The position numbers and the translations under genes were made by a program. The notes beneath the pieces were generated by a model. It saw nothing but the letters and a program-made list of their open reading frames with translations. It had not been told where the DNA came from and did not search any database. From an uncultured delta proteobacterium (GTDB lineage Bacteria > Desulfobacterota > Desulfomonilia > UBA1062), in NCBI GenBank assembly GCA_963785235.1, contig CAWAUM010000001.1, positions 384,001 to 448,000 of the forward strand: a DNA stretch of 64,000 bases. The letters run 5' to 3'. The first letter of the stretch is position 1; each line of letters begins with the position of its first letter. Shown here piece after piece: positions 41,283 through 51,771 of the stretch.

Positions 41283-42963
41283 TTATGGGAGAACGGTTAT
41301 AACGACATCTTCATAGTCCATCCCAGAAGGTGAACCGTCATCTGTCACGCTGAACCGTATTGTATTTGATACAGGAGGTGTTACAACCGCGCTCGGGGTC
41401 CAGGTGAAGGTCTGTGTTGCGGCATCAAAGGCTACGCCTGCAGGGAGTCCTGAGACGACCGAAGGGGAAGACATGCTGTAGGTCAGCGCATCATTTTCCG
41501 GGTCAGTAGCCGTCACGATGAACTCGATGGGTTGGTTGTTTCTCACAGACCTGCGGCCGATGGGGGTAAGTTCAGGCGGACGGTTCACACTGCCTACAGT
41601 GAACACCACGTCCTCGGATGCGGTGAGGCCGTAGGGGGCATGGTCGGCAGGGTCACTGACGCTGAAACGCAGCCAGTAGTTACCAGGAGTCGAAGATGAC
41701 CATGAAAACTGGTGGGTTCCCGTTGAATCATATATATAGTTGGTTGCAGCCTGCTGGCCGGTTATCGTTGCAGGCGGGTTATAGGTAAGCGGATTGTTGT
41801 CAGGGTCTGTGGCGGTAACAGTAAACGAAACCGTACCCCCTGCTGCGATCTGCCTGTGCCCGATGGGGGCCAGGACAGGGTACCGTCTGTCCATGAGCTC
41901 ATAATCAGCATCAGAATTGTATACCTGTATTTTGACCCATGCATAATCGCTCATCTTCGGGGTTCCATTATCAGTGACCCTGAAGAGGACCTTATATTCA
42001 TCCAAATTAGTAGGGTTATTCCAGGTGAAGATTCTTGTGGAGGGGTCAAAGACAGGGCCCGAGAGGTAGCTGTTCCACCAGTCTTGGGGCATTTCGGCCA
42101 TGTCATAGGTCAGGGTATCGCCATCAGGGTCTGTTGCGGTTACGGTCAGGGAGTTGGAAGAGCCCGGTATGAAATGCTGAGTCTCCAGCGGGAATGTAAT
42201 CACCGGCGGCTGGTTCACAATGCCTACTGTAATGGTTACATCTAAGGTAGCATTTCTCGGCGGAATCCCGTCGTCAGTTGCCTGGAAGCTGACTATGTAG
42301 TTTCCTCCCTGGGCAGAGCCCGGGATCCAGTAGAAGAATTGGCTTGAAGGGTCAAAGGTCGCACCGGTGGGGAGATTAGTTGCACTGTAGGTCAGCTTGT
42401 TTCCGTCAGGATCAGTGGCGCTTACCGTGAAATTCAGGGGCTGAAGCTCACTGACCTGCTGGTTGGCAATGCTGGCAAAGACAGGCGGGTTGTTCGAACT
42501 GGTCACTTCAATCAGCCCCGCATCGGTGGTCTGGCCAGCAATTACCTGGATGCCTCCTTTGCTGCCCCTGAGGACGACATTCCCCTGGGCATCCTTCAGA
42601 GATATGGAGATGGTATAGCCATCCCCCTCCTCGACGCTTCCGATGGTACCTTCTCCCGTGTCGCACGACCAGGGTCCCCCCGAGGCCACAAGAATCTCCT
42701 GGTTGCTGTAAACCTGGGCATCCACGCTTGCAATGCCGTATTCGACACAAGGTATGCTGGTCGCCTTGTATTGGGGCAGGGATGTTTCCGTTGGTGGCAT
42801 CTTCAGGGCAAATGAGATGCCCCCCGTGCCATGTCCGCTGCCGCCTTTGCTGCAGGCACTCAGAAAGCAGGGCAATAAAGAGGATGACAAGGAATCCTCT
42901 CATCAAGGCGGATACGGCATCTGTTCCCCTTTGGTCTGTATGAGAAAGATGAAGGTTGTGCAT
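41283..42963 (-). CDS. Surface lipoprotein with N-terminal GGPWSCD domain and four Ig/cadherin-like repeats; frameshift near 42865
   Basis: GAGG RBS + ATG at 42963; LSAC lipobox; four repeats of the form N.PP...F.VTATDPDG..LTY...LP.G..FD...F.W.P...V.F..TDDG.P. Confidence 0.78.
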
Positions 42964-42979
42964 TGCTAATATCCTCTTC

Positions 42980-43886
42980 TTACCATCTGACACGGATCTC
43001 ACCACTGGCCGCCGGCCGGAATTCTCTGAAGGTCGAGATATTCTTTTTGATACTGAGCGTCGATGAATTCTGCTCTTCCTGTGTGGCCAGTACAGCGCTG
43101 CTCCTGGGATTGACGGTCACGAGCTTCAGGTCCATGGAGTTCCCTGATGGCATCGGTTGCCGGGGTTAGCTGCGGATCCTGCTCAAGTGCCTTGCGGTAG
43201 TAGAAATCCGCTGAACCGTAGTTGCCCCGGTCGCTCGCATCGAGCCCCAAGGAGAGGTAAATGAGCGCTCGGTAGCTCGTTGTCAGAGGTCTTTTGAGCT
43301 TTTCCTTCTGTGCCTTGGTGAGCCTGACCTTGAGCAGTTCAATAATCTCGAAGAGGATCTTTTTCTCCATATCGAAGATTTTTTCGGGCTGCCCGTTTGC
43401 AGAAGGCTGACCCAGGGAGCTCTGGTCCTTTACCTGGAGGAGGTCGGATACCACAGAGATCTCCGGAGCCTGGCTGCTTGTGATATCTCCGCCCACCAGG
43501 TAGCTTGCACCCAGCAATTTGCCTAGACGAGGAGAGGTGTTGCTGTCCACGATCCCGGATGCACCGAGATTGAGTTCTTCCAAAAGGGCCTGGAGCTTCA
43601 CCCTTTCCACTATCTGAATGCCCTCCACCTGATGGAGATCTGTCATGAGCATAAAGGCAAAGCCCTTCTGGAGAGGATCCAAGAGAGGTCTGTCCGGATT
43701 TGTTTCTAAAAGCAAGGACAGCCAGTGTATTCGGTGCGGCAATGGTCCCCTGGGACTGTTCCTGTCCATAGCGGTCTTGGCCCAGGCCCTGTCATCATCG
43801 CTCACAACCTGGCCCGCAGAGGCTCTTGGTTCGCAAACCGCACACAGGATAAAGCAGGAAAGGATTAAGATTATGGTCTTTTTCAT
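42980..43886 (-). CDS. CsgG/FlgO/TolB-N-like periplasmic protein with C-terminal TPR; frameshifts likely near 43700-43750 and ~43135
   Basis: MKKTIILILS signal peptide; ML.TDL..V.GIQIVERVKLQALLEELNLG.SGIVD....RLGKLLGA..LVGG signature; TPR GLDASDRGNY..A..YYRKALEQDP. The shifted frame ends ...ASGEIRVRW* at 42980. Confidence 0.75.
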
Positions 43887-44026
43887 ACCTTTACGTCCTT
43901 TTTGGTATGTATGGTTGCAGGTCTTGCACTGATACATGCAAAACCACGAGTAGCTATACATTTCTTTGAAGAATGGAATAAACCGCCTCATGCTCACGAA
44001 CAACCCCACTCGGAGGTAATTGCCTA

Positions 44027-44106
44027 GGGTCTTCAGCGACCGCCCAATACACTATATCCTCAGTGGAAAAACGTGGTTATTATAAAGTGAATACCAGTAA
44101 TGTCAA
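44027..44106 (-). promoter_or_regulatory. Near-consensus sigma70 promoter followed by an ops/JUMPstart-like leader
   Basis: TTGACA (44106-44101)-N16-TATAAT (44084-44079); leader CACTGAGGATATAGTGTATTGGGCGGTCGCTGAAGACCC (44065-44027). Confidence 0.6.
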
Positions 44107-44203
44107 GTAGACCGTTGCCGGGCGCCTCGGCCTTTGTTTGTTGCCATGGATTTTATTTTTTCAGGTATAGTATGCGAGCAGGGTACTATTCTTTTTTTGT
44201 CAT

Positions 44204-47200
44204 TCAATACCCGAATTCATAAGCGCCCATATCCACAACGTCCCCCATGATACGGGGAATGCCTTCAAGGTCCGTATCAAGGATGCAAGGGGCATCATTG
44301 AACCCTTTGTTAATGCATGGTGAAACGCCGGACAGGTGGAAGTCACCATTTGCCGGGTCAATGAACCCGGGATCCTCGTCTATGCAGTGACTGCCCCATG
44401 GTGTCTCTGTGGAGCCCAGCTCGACATCGCTATAGTCGAGCGTTACTGTGGAGCTCAATCCGTATATCTGCTTGTTATAGGCCCCCCAGCTGTTTGACCA
44501 TACAATGGAGTTCCAGACCGATACCGTACTGCTTTCGCAATATATTCCACCTCCCTTGTAGCTTGCCTGATTCCCATAGACAGTACAGTTCGTTATTGCA
44601 GCATCAGTACTGTTCCAGATTCCTATGCCGCCCCCCCTGGTATCATACGATCCGGTATAAGCGGAATTATTGGTGAAGAGAGAATTGCTGATGCATATCT
44701 TAGGCCCTGTGCAACTGATCCCGCCGCCATTTCCGGCTGTGTTGCCTGTGAATACACTCCGTGAGATCGCTGTATCTGCAGACATACCGTAGATGCCCCC
44801 GCCGGTCCGGCTGGTGGATGCGGTGTTGTTTTCAAACAGGCAGTTTATGACCATAAGCCGTGAAGCATTATTGGAGTTGTTGATCCCGCCACCCTGGGAG
44901 GCATGATTATCCCTGAAGGTGCAGTTGGCAATGGTTAACGATGTTGCCATATTATTATTAGAGATCCCGCCGCCGGGACTTGATGGAGAGTACCCATTCC
45001 TTATAAAGAACCCGTCGATGATTACCGTGCTTGCTGCCCCTGAGAGGGAGAAGCACCTTACCAGGCCTTGCCCGTCCACATATACGGTGTTGTTGGTAAA
45101 GTTTCTCTGGGAGAGGTAATGCTCGGTTCCTTCGAACCCGCCATAGAGTGCCAGGTTCTTATTCACTTCGATCCTTCCGGTCAGGAGATATACCCCTTGT
45201 TTCACCCAGATCTGATCGCCGGGATTCGCCAGCGTTATGGCCTCCTGTATGCCGGGTACTGCCATGGGCCAGCTTCTGCCCGTGTTCCCTGCCTGGCCGT
45301 TTTCAGGGTCGACATATACGATATTCGCAGGCGACACAAAAGGTCCGGGATAACTGCCTGATGCGGGCAGCGGGCGCCCTGGCCGTGCATATCCGTGAAG
45401 GAAAGAATAGGTATGGGGTTCAGAGGTCAGTCGCAGTGCTGAAGGTATAGGTGCCGTTTGATGCCGAACCGGATGAAAGTGTCATGGGGTAAGGGGCATT
45501 GTCTATAAATACGGATGCACTGAGCGGGTTGTGCCCGTCTTGATCCGTGTAATGGACACTGAAGGTGAAGGAGGTGGCAGTTGTCCCATCGCCAGGATCG
45601 ACATGAGCCGTTTATCAGGGCAGGGGGATGGTACACTGTCGGGCCTGGCCAAGATCCTGAAGCCGGAGACCTGCCTGCATCGCCTAGACTGTCGGTGAAG
45701 GAGAAGTAATGAGGAATGGGTTCCGGGGGGTAATGTTCCCTGGTAAGTATAGGTGCCGTTTGACGTGGTTCCCGAAGAAAGGACCATGCTTCTGGGGGAA
45801 CCGTCTATGTATACGAATGCGGTTGAAGGGCTATTCCCGTCCTGGATCATAGTAGCCGATGCTGTAGGTGAATGTGGTTGCAGAGCAGTTCCTTCGCCCG
45901 GGCTTACACCCGGACTGTTGAGGCTGGGCGGAGTATTCACCGAGGTCCAGAAATGCGCCTGTTACGGGCAGCCTTGCCGAGCCTCCGTGTCCGTCGCTGA
46001 ACGAGAAAATAATAGGTGTGCGGTCCCGGGCCCAGGGATGTCCGGAAGGTATAGATGCCGTTGGAAGGAGACGCCCCGGAAGCAAAGGACATGTCATGGC
46101 CTATGCCGTCGATATATACAGACCCGCCCGAAGGAGCCTGTCCGTCCTGGTCATAGTAGTTGACGCTGTAGGTAAATGTTGTTGAAGTTGTTCCGGATCC
46201 AGGGTTCACCGATGCGCCGGTGAGCACCGGAGAATAGTTTACAAAAGGCCCGGCATACGTGTCAATGATCGGAAGCCTGGCTGAGGCCGATGCCGTCAGA
46301 GAAAGAGAAGTAATAGTTATGGGTCCCTGGGGATAGGGTGGTACTGAAGGTGTAGGTACCGTTCGATTCAGTGCCGGATGAGAGTGCCATGGCATGGGCT
46401 GTCCCGTCGATGTACACGTTCCTGGACGCTGGGCGGTCCCCATCCTGATCCGAGTAATGCACACTGTAGGTGAATGTGGTTGTCGTGGTCCCTTCAACAG
46501 GTGTTAGTAAAGGGTTGTCGATCACGGGGGGATGATTGTGCTCAGGGTCGGGTTGAATGGGAACCGTAGGTCCGGACAAGGTTCCGCTCGGAGGTGCCTG
46601 GGCAAAGCCTCCGTGCCCGTCAGCGAATGAGAAGTAATAGTTGTGTGGTCCAGACCCAAGGGTGGTGCTGTAGGTATAGGTGCCGTCCCACGCACTCCCG
46701 GAAAAGAGTTTCATAGAGTGCGGGGCGCCGTCAATGTACACCAAGGCAAGGGCAGCGGCGTGGCTGTCCTGGTCAGAATAATGGATGCTGTAGGTAAAGG
46801 TCGTCCCTGAGGGCCCCTCAGTCGGGCTTAGTTGGCCGTTATTGATTATCGGGTCATGGTTAACCGGGCCGGTCACCGTAAGCCCAAAGAGGATCCCGAG
46901 GAAGGCAGCCGTGCCGAGCCCCCATGACCGTCGGAGAAGGAATAGTAATACTTGTGAGGACCCAGCCGGCAGCTCGGTGCTGTAGGTATAGGTGCCGTCC
47001 CATGCGGTCTTGTCCGGCTGGAAAGGGTCATTGAGTGGGGGATGCCGTCAATATAAACATAGTGGGCTGTGGGGCTTTGCCCGTCCTGGTCGGTATAATG
47101 TACGCCGAAGGTGAAGGTGGTGTCTTCTCCTCCGGTATCAGGGCTCACCTCGGCCCTGCTCAGCACCGGTGCATGGTTTGCTTCGGAGATGATGGTGATG

Positions 47201-48006
47201 GTTACCTTTGCAGTATCCGTTCCGCCGTGGGCATCTTTCGCCTCATAGGTGAAGCTGTCGGTGGTGTCGTTCCCGCCATCGTGGGTATAGCGGAAGGTAC
47301 CGTCCGCATAGATTGTCAGCGAACCGTGGCTTGGCCCTGAGATGGGTGTCGTGTTCGCATACAGGCTCTGCGTGTCAGGGGCAAGGTCATTGTGCAGCAG
47401 GCTTGCATATCCGGAATCCAGAACGCTGACCGTACCCCCCCGGTTTACCGTGGCGGAGTCATTGAGAGCATCGAGGAGGACCTCTTCAGAGCTCAGGAGA
47501 TCGATCTCAATGACAGCCTCTGCCACCTTGCCGGCTATGACCGTGATGTTTGACTTTTTGCCCGTTAAAATGAGCCTTCCCTCATCGTTGTTGAGGTTGA
47601 CACGCACAGACCTGTTGGCTCCATGCTTCACCCTGGTGAGGGTCCCTTGGCCGGCATCACAGCTCCACGGACCTCCCCGGGCTATGAGGGCATTCTCCTC
47701 ATCGAATACCCGGGCCTCCACCACGGAGATGCCGAATTCGGCGCAGCGGTCCGAGATCCCTTTGTACAGGGGTGCGGCAGCAACTGAAGAAAGACTCGAT
47801 AAAGGAAGCTGCAGCGAAAGGGAGAGTGATCCTGTTTCAGGAGAAGGGTTATCACTGGAACTGCTGCAGGAGCACAGGATAAAAATGAAAAGGCACAGGA
47901 AATTACAAAGGTAATGATTCCGGCAGACATAGTTCTGGAATCCTTGAACCTGCCCATCACCGGGTGCTGAAGGGTATGTTGACCGGGTGCAGGTAGTTCC
48001 CTTCAT
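44204..48006 (-). CDS. Large modular surface lipoprotein (~1250 aa): GGPWSCD domain, cadherin/VCBS-like domain, six ~95-aa repeats, beta-helix with choice-of-anchor-Q-like end; several frameshifts
   Basis: LCSC lipobox; GPSHGSLTIYADGTFRYTHDG..DSFTY; repeats continue across ORFs 46873, 46262, 45937, 45831 and 45503; GGGI..N beta-helix repeats; DFHL..SPCINKG...VDMGAYE. Confidence 0.72.
45360..47180 (-). repeat. Six tandem ~95-aa coding repeats
   Basis: Consensus N..P.L....V.P..G...TTFTYSV.Y.DQDG..P....VYIDG..H.M.L.SG...NGTYT..T.L..G.H.YYFSF.DG.GG.ARLP. Confidence 0.8.
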
Positions 48007-48382
48007 GGTGTCTCTATTCCAATGTCTTCTCGCCATGTGGCCTATGTACCTTAATCTTTTTTGCCCTTTCCCTTGTGAGACCTCATTGCAAAAAGAGAAG
48101 CCGACAACCAGTTCAATGAATAAACAAAATGAGTATAGCATTCATGCGGTGTGATTGCGATACCCTATGAATCATGGGACATGAAGCAATATTCATGCAA
48201 GACGTATACACTAAATGATATTAACAGGTTAATGCTATTATGAAGAAGCATATCACGAAGCATTGGCAATAAGTTTCCTATTTTGAAGTAAAATAGTTCT
48301 CACACATGGTTATATTTTGAGTCTTGCAAAAAAAAATTAGGAGGCTATTTTTCAGGTAAATTTGCCGATCAATAATTGAGTT

Positions 48383-49468
48383 ATGGACAAGGTGAAAACA
48401 GACAGCAGGCTACAGCTCTGGAGCGTACTCTTGACGGTCCTTGTGGTGAGTGTGTTTGCCGGGGTAGCCATGCAGCTTTCAACCATAGTATCTTCCCATC
48501 CAAAGACATCCCTGAGTCATCCGGGGCCAAGCATGGGAAATGATCTCAGCTCCATCTTGCCCTCGGCAGGTATGAAGGGTATTGCAGGGCACAGGGCAAG
48601 GATTTCAGCGCATGACGGAAAGGTGAGACTTGATAAGGAAGTGATCTCACACCTGAAAGACCGGTACGGTAAGGGTTTGAACAGCCCTATGGTTCAGGTT
48701 CAGGTCATAGAACAGATTCAACAACTCCTGGAAACCCAATATCCCCAGAACTATCAGGAGAAGATGGGTGAGGCCATCAAGCTGGTGTTCCCGGATAATA
48801 CCGAAGGGCTCATGAGGATGTGGAGCAAGGTTGCCCGCTATGACCTGTGGCTCAAGGGAGCCTGGGCGACCCTGCTCACCAAGGGAGCTAAGGAGCGGGA
48901 AGGCATCATCCGGGGCAAGCGTAGCGAGATCTACGGCCCTGATGCGGATAAGATCTGGCCGGACAATCTGAAGGCAGAAACAATCAGTCAAGTCCTGAAA
49001 GGATTGAACAAGGTTAAAGGGGCCTCGTTGAAAGAAAAGCTGGCCTTTCTCAATGATAGTATCCACCAGGAATACGTCTCTGATGCCGATGGCTATATCA
49101 AGGATCATCAGCAGGACCTCATAAATCGTTTTTTCAAACTGGAGAGCGTTCAATCAGACCTTAAGAAGATGCAGCCTCAGGAGAGGAGGCAGAACTTGCG
49201 TGCCATACGTCAGGGCTTTGGGATGGACGAGGGTACCCTGGCGCACTGGGATAAGCTTGAAAAGGTCCGTGACGAGCGGTGGGAAAAGGGCGTGCTGTAC
49301 ATGAGGGACCGGCAGCAGGTCATGGATTCGGTTCCCGTAGAGCTTCGCGAGATCGTTCTTCATGAATTGAGGCAGAAATATTTCGGTAATGATGCTACAA
49401 CGGTGTCCGGCGAGGAGAAGGCCGGTTATTTCAGGTTCAAGGTCAAGAGGCTCTACGGGTTGAACTGA
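48383..49468 (+). CDS. Membrane-anchored all-helical hypothetical protein, lipase-chaperone-like
   Basis: N-terminal TM segment, linker, helical body with R.EIYG..A, LRAIRQ and LRQKYFG motifs. Confidence 0.45.
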   Translation: MDKVKTDSRLQLWSVLLTVLVVSVFAGVAMQLSTIVSSHPKTSLSHPGPSMGNDLSSILPSAGMKGIAGHRARISAHDGKVRLDKEVISHLKDRYGKGLNSPMVQVQVIEQIQQLLETQYPQNYQEKMGEAIKLVFPDNTEGLMRMWSKVARYDLWLKGAWATLLTKGAKEREGIIRGKRSEIYGPDADKIWPDNLKAETISQVLKGLNKVKGASLKEKLAFLNDSIHQEYVSDADGYIKDHQQDLINRFFKLESVQSDLKKMQPQERRQNLRAIRQGFGMDEGTLAHWDKLEKVRDERWEKGVLYMRDRQQVMDSVPVELREIVLHELRQKYFGNDATTVSGEEKAGYFRFKVKRLYGLN

Positions 49469-49503
49469 ACCGGTCTCCTTAATCTGTTTCACTCATGCAT
49501 TTC

Positions 49504-50193
49504 TCAAGAGAAGTATTTTTTCCCATACAGCGCCTGGTCATAGTCTGCCCGGCGGGATGGACAGTTCTGCCTTGGGCACAGGGAGCAGTTCACAAAGTTT
49601 TCACCTCCGACATACTGGATTCCTGTGACGGACTTTAAAGGGTAAAGGAGCATGTGAGGACTCAGGCGGACCCCTACGGTCTTAGTGATCGATTCTAGCA
49701 GAGCGAAGAGTGGCCGCTGCTGAGACAGGGGCCAGTCTTCGAGTGATCCGGGGTTCATGCACGAGAGCTGTGCCGGGCTCACCTTGTCTTTCAGGTGCGC
49801 CTCCAGGGCCGCCATGGCCGAGCCCAGGGCCAGGAGCATGATGGTGTCAGCCCAGAATGCATGCAGTGTCCCGGTTATGGACCGTGCCCATTCCTCCAGC
49901 TCAGGGCCGCAGGTAGCGACAAATGGGTAGACAACCTTTGCGTCGGTCAGGTTAATGCGCAGCACACGACTGTCAAACCGGATCCCCTTGATGAGCACAT
50001 GTGCATCTCCCAGGGAATCCACCGTAGTAACCCTGAAGGCGGCCCTGGGACAGGCAACTGACAATGTCCGGGCGAGCATCCCGGAAAGCTCTCCGGCCAT
50101 CTTCGTGCCGGTCCGGACCTTGAGGATATGGCACAGGTCTTTTTCTTCGATGGTAAAAGGGATGTTATCGAGGATAATCGCGTCTTCGGTCAT
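49504..50193 (-). CDS. B12-dependent methionine synthase activation-domain-like protein
   Basis: FVATCG, NPGSLEDWPL..Q..LF, GVRL....LL.PLKSVTG, CSLCPRQNCPSRR. Confidence 0.82.
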   Translation of the reverse strand: MTEDAIILDNIPFTIEEKDLCHILKVRTGTKMAGELSGMLARTLSVACPRAAFRVTTVDSLGDAHVLIKGIRFDSRVLRINLTDAKVVYPFVATCGPELEEWARSITGTLHAFWADTIMLLALGSAMAALEAHLKDKVSPAQLSCMNPGSLEDWPLSQQRPLFALLESITKTVGVRLSPHMLLYPLKSVTGIQYVGGENFVNCSLCPRQNCPSRRADYDQALYGKKYFS

Positions 50194-51765
50194 CTCATTA
50201 CTCCTGAAGGTATGGGGAACGTAGTGCAGCGGATAAATTCATCCTGGAAGCCGGGTTGAAGCGCCAGTTCCACCTCACGGACCTGATCTCTCAGAGTAGA
50301 CGCCCTGTTCATGAACAGGGCGTCTATACAGGCTGTCTCGGCTGCTTTCAGGCTTGTGTTGCCCAGAAATTGCCAGCGCGCATTCGGGAAGTCCGGCAGG
50401 AAACCCAGGGCCTTGAAATTTTCAAGGTTCAGGTGTTCGCCAAAGGCCCCGGCTATGAGCACCTGTTCGATTGCAAGCTGCATCCATGCCGGACTCCTTC
50501 AAAAGGATGCGGGAGGCGGCAAGGCCGGCAGCCTTGGCGAGCTGGAGGTTTCGTATGTCCCTCTGGGTGAAACGGATATCGCCTTCAAGCCTGAGTGTCT
50601 TCATGCCTTCAATTTCTTCGGCGGCAAGTGGGGAGGGCAGGAAAGAGCGCTTAAGGTCCTTACAAAAGGCACCGTCAGGCCGGATGATTTTCCGCCTCAA
50701 AAGGATAGCCGTCAGGTCCACGAGCGCAGTGCCTGAGATGCCGACAGGCTCTCCACTACCCATCATGGACAAGTCAAGACCTCCCGGGCCATCTTCCACT
50801 GCGGTTATGGCCCCGTCTTCGGCGGTCATACCCCAGGTGATGTTCATACCCTCCAGGGCCGGACCCATGGCACACGACGTTGCGAACAGCTCCTTGTTCC
50901 CGTTCATGACGAACAGCTCACCGTTGGTTCCGAGGTCCATGAAGAATGTGTTCTTTTCGATACCGGATCCACGGCACAGGGTAAGCCCGCCCATGAGGTC
51001 TCCGCCGATGAAGGCGCTGAGAACCGGCAGGGCAAGGATCCGTGCGCCCGGAAATGCTGGTGCGCCGATGTCCTCAGGGGTGAACCCGGTAAAGTCCCTT
51101 GTCTTCACCTTGTAGGGGTGTATTCCGAGCGGCACCACGTCGAGGCCGAAGAAAAGCGAGAGCATGGTCGTGTTCCCGGAGAACACGATGAGTTCACAGC
51201 AGCGAGCAGACATGCCGCATGTCTGAATGAACCGCAGCATGGCATTGAACACGGATGAGCGGATAAGATCGGATTGCCTGAGGGCTGTTGCCGGGTCGGA
51301 GCAGGCGGCGATGCGCGAGATCACGTCATGCCCGAACCGGCGCTGGGGGTTAAGGAACGAGTCTATGGGGAAGGTGTCATGGCTTTCAAGATCAATGAGC
51401 GAGACGCGGACCGTAGTGGTGCCGAGGTCGCAGGCCAGCCCGTAGCGGCTTTCCTTGGGAAGGCCTGGGCAGGGTTGCTGTTCCCGCTCAGCTTTCTCCT
51501 CCATGAAGACCTCGACATCGCCTTGTATCACTGCCTGGCATGCCAGGCGCATGCCGGGCATGCCATGCAGTGCCTTTGCTTCGATAGGGTTCTGTCCCGA
51601 AAGATCACCAGTTGCTTTTACCATGCATTTACCGCAGGTGCCCTTGCCTCCGCAGGGGGCTCTCACGGCAATGCCCATATCCATCAGGGCGTCAGCCAGC
51701 AGGGTCTGCCGGGTAAAAAGATGATGCCTGCCTGAAGGGATGAGCCTGAGCCTGCAACCGCTCAC
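50190..51765 (-). CDS. Reductive activator of corrinoid proteins (RACo, ASKHA with 2Fe-2S domain); frameshift near 50470
   Basis: PCGGKGTCGKC...RLACQ, DLGTTT, DVISRI, GNTTM, DLGTNGE, GPALEG, TQRDIRNLQLAKAA; AGAFG and GNTSL in the second frame. Confidence 0.88.
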
Positions 51766-51771
51766 CGGGCA

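Noticed and set aside
43983-44065. Leader as a c-di-AMP (ydaO) riboswitch because of GCTGAA and TGGGG
   Set aside because: It is too short and lacks the other conserved blocks; the ops-like reading fits better but is also unproven.
45360-47180. Repeats as a CRISPR array or DGR template/variable pair
   Set aside because: These are divergent protein-coding repeats of ~290 bp with no identical short repeats, and there is no cas or reverse transcriptase gene.
48186-48201. Possible sigma54 promoter TTGCATGAATATTGCT on the - strand
   Set aside because: It lacks the invariant GG at -24.
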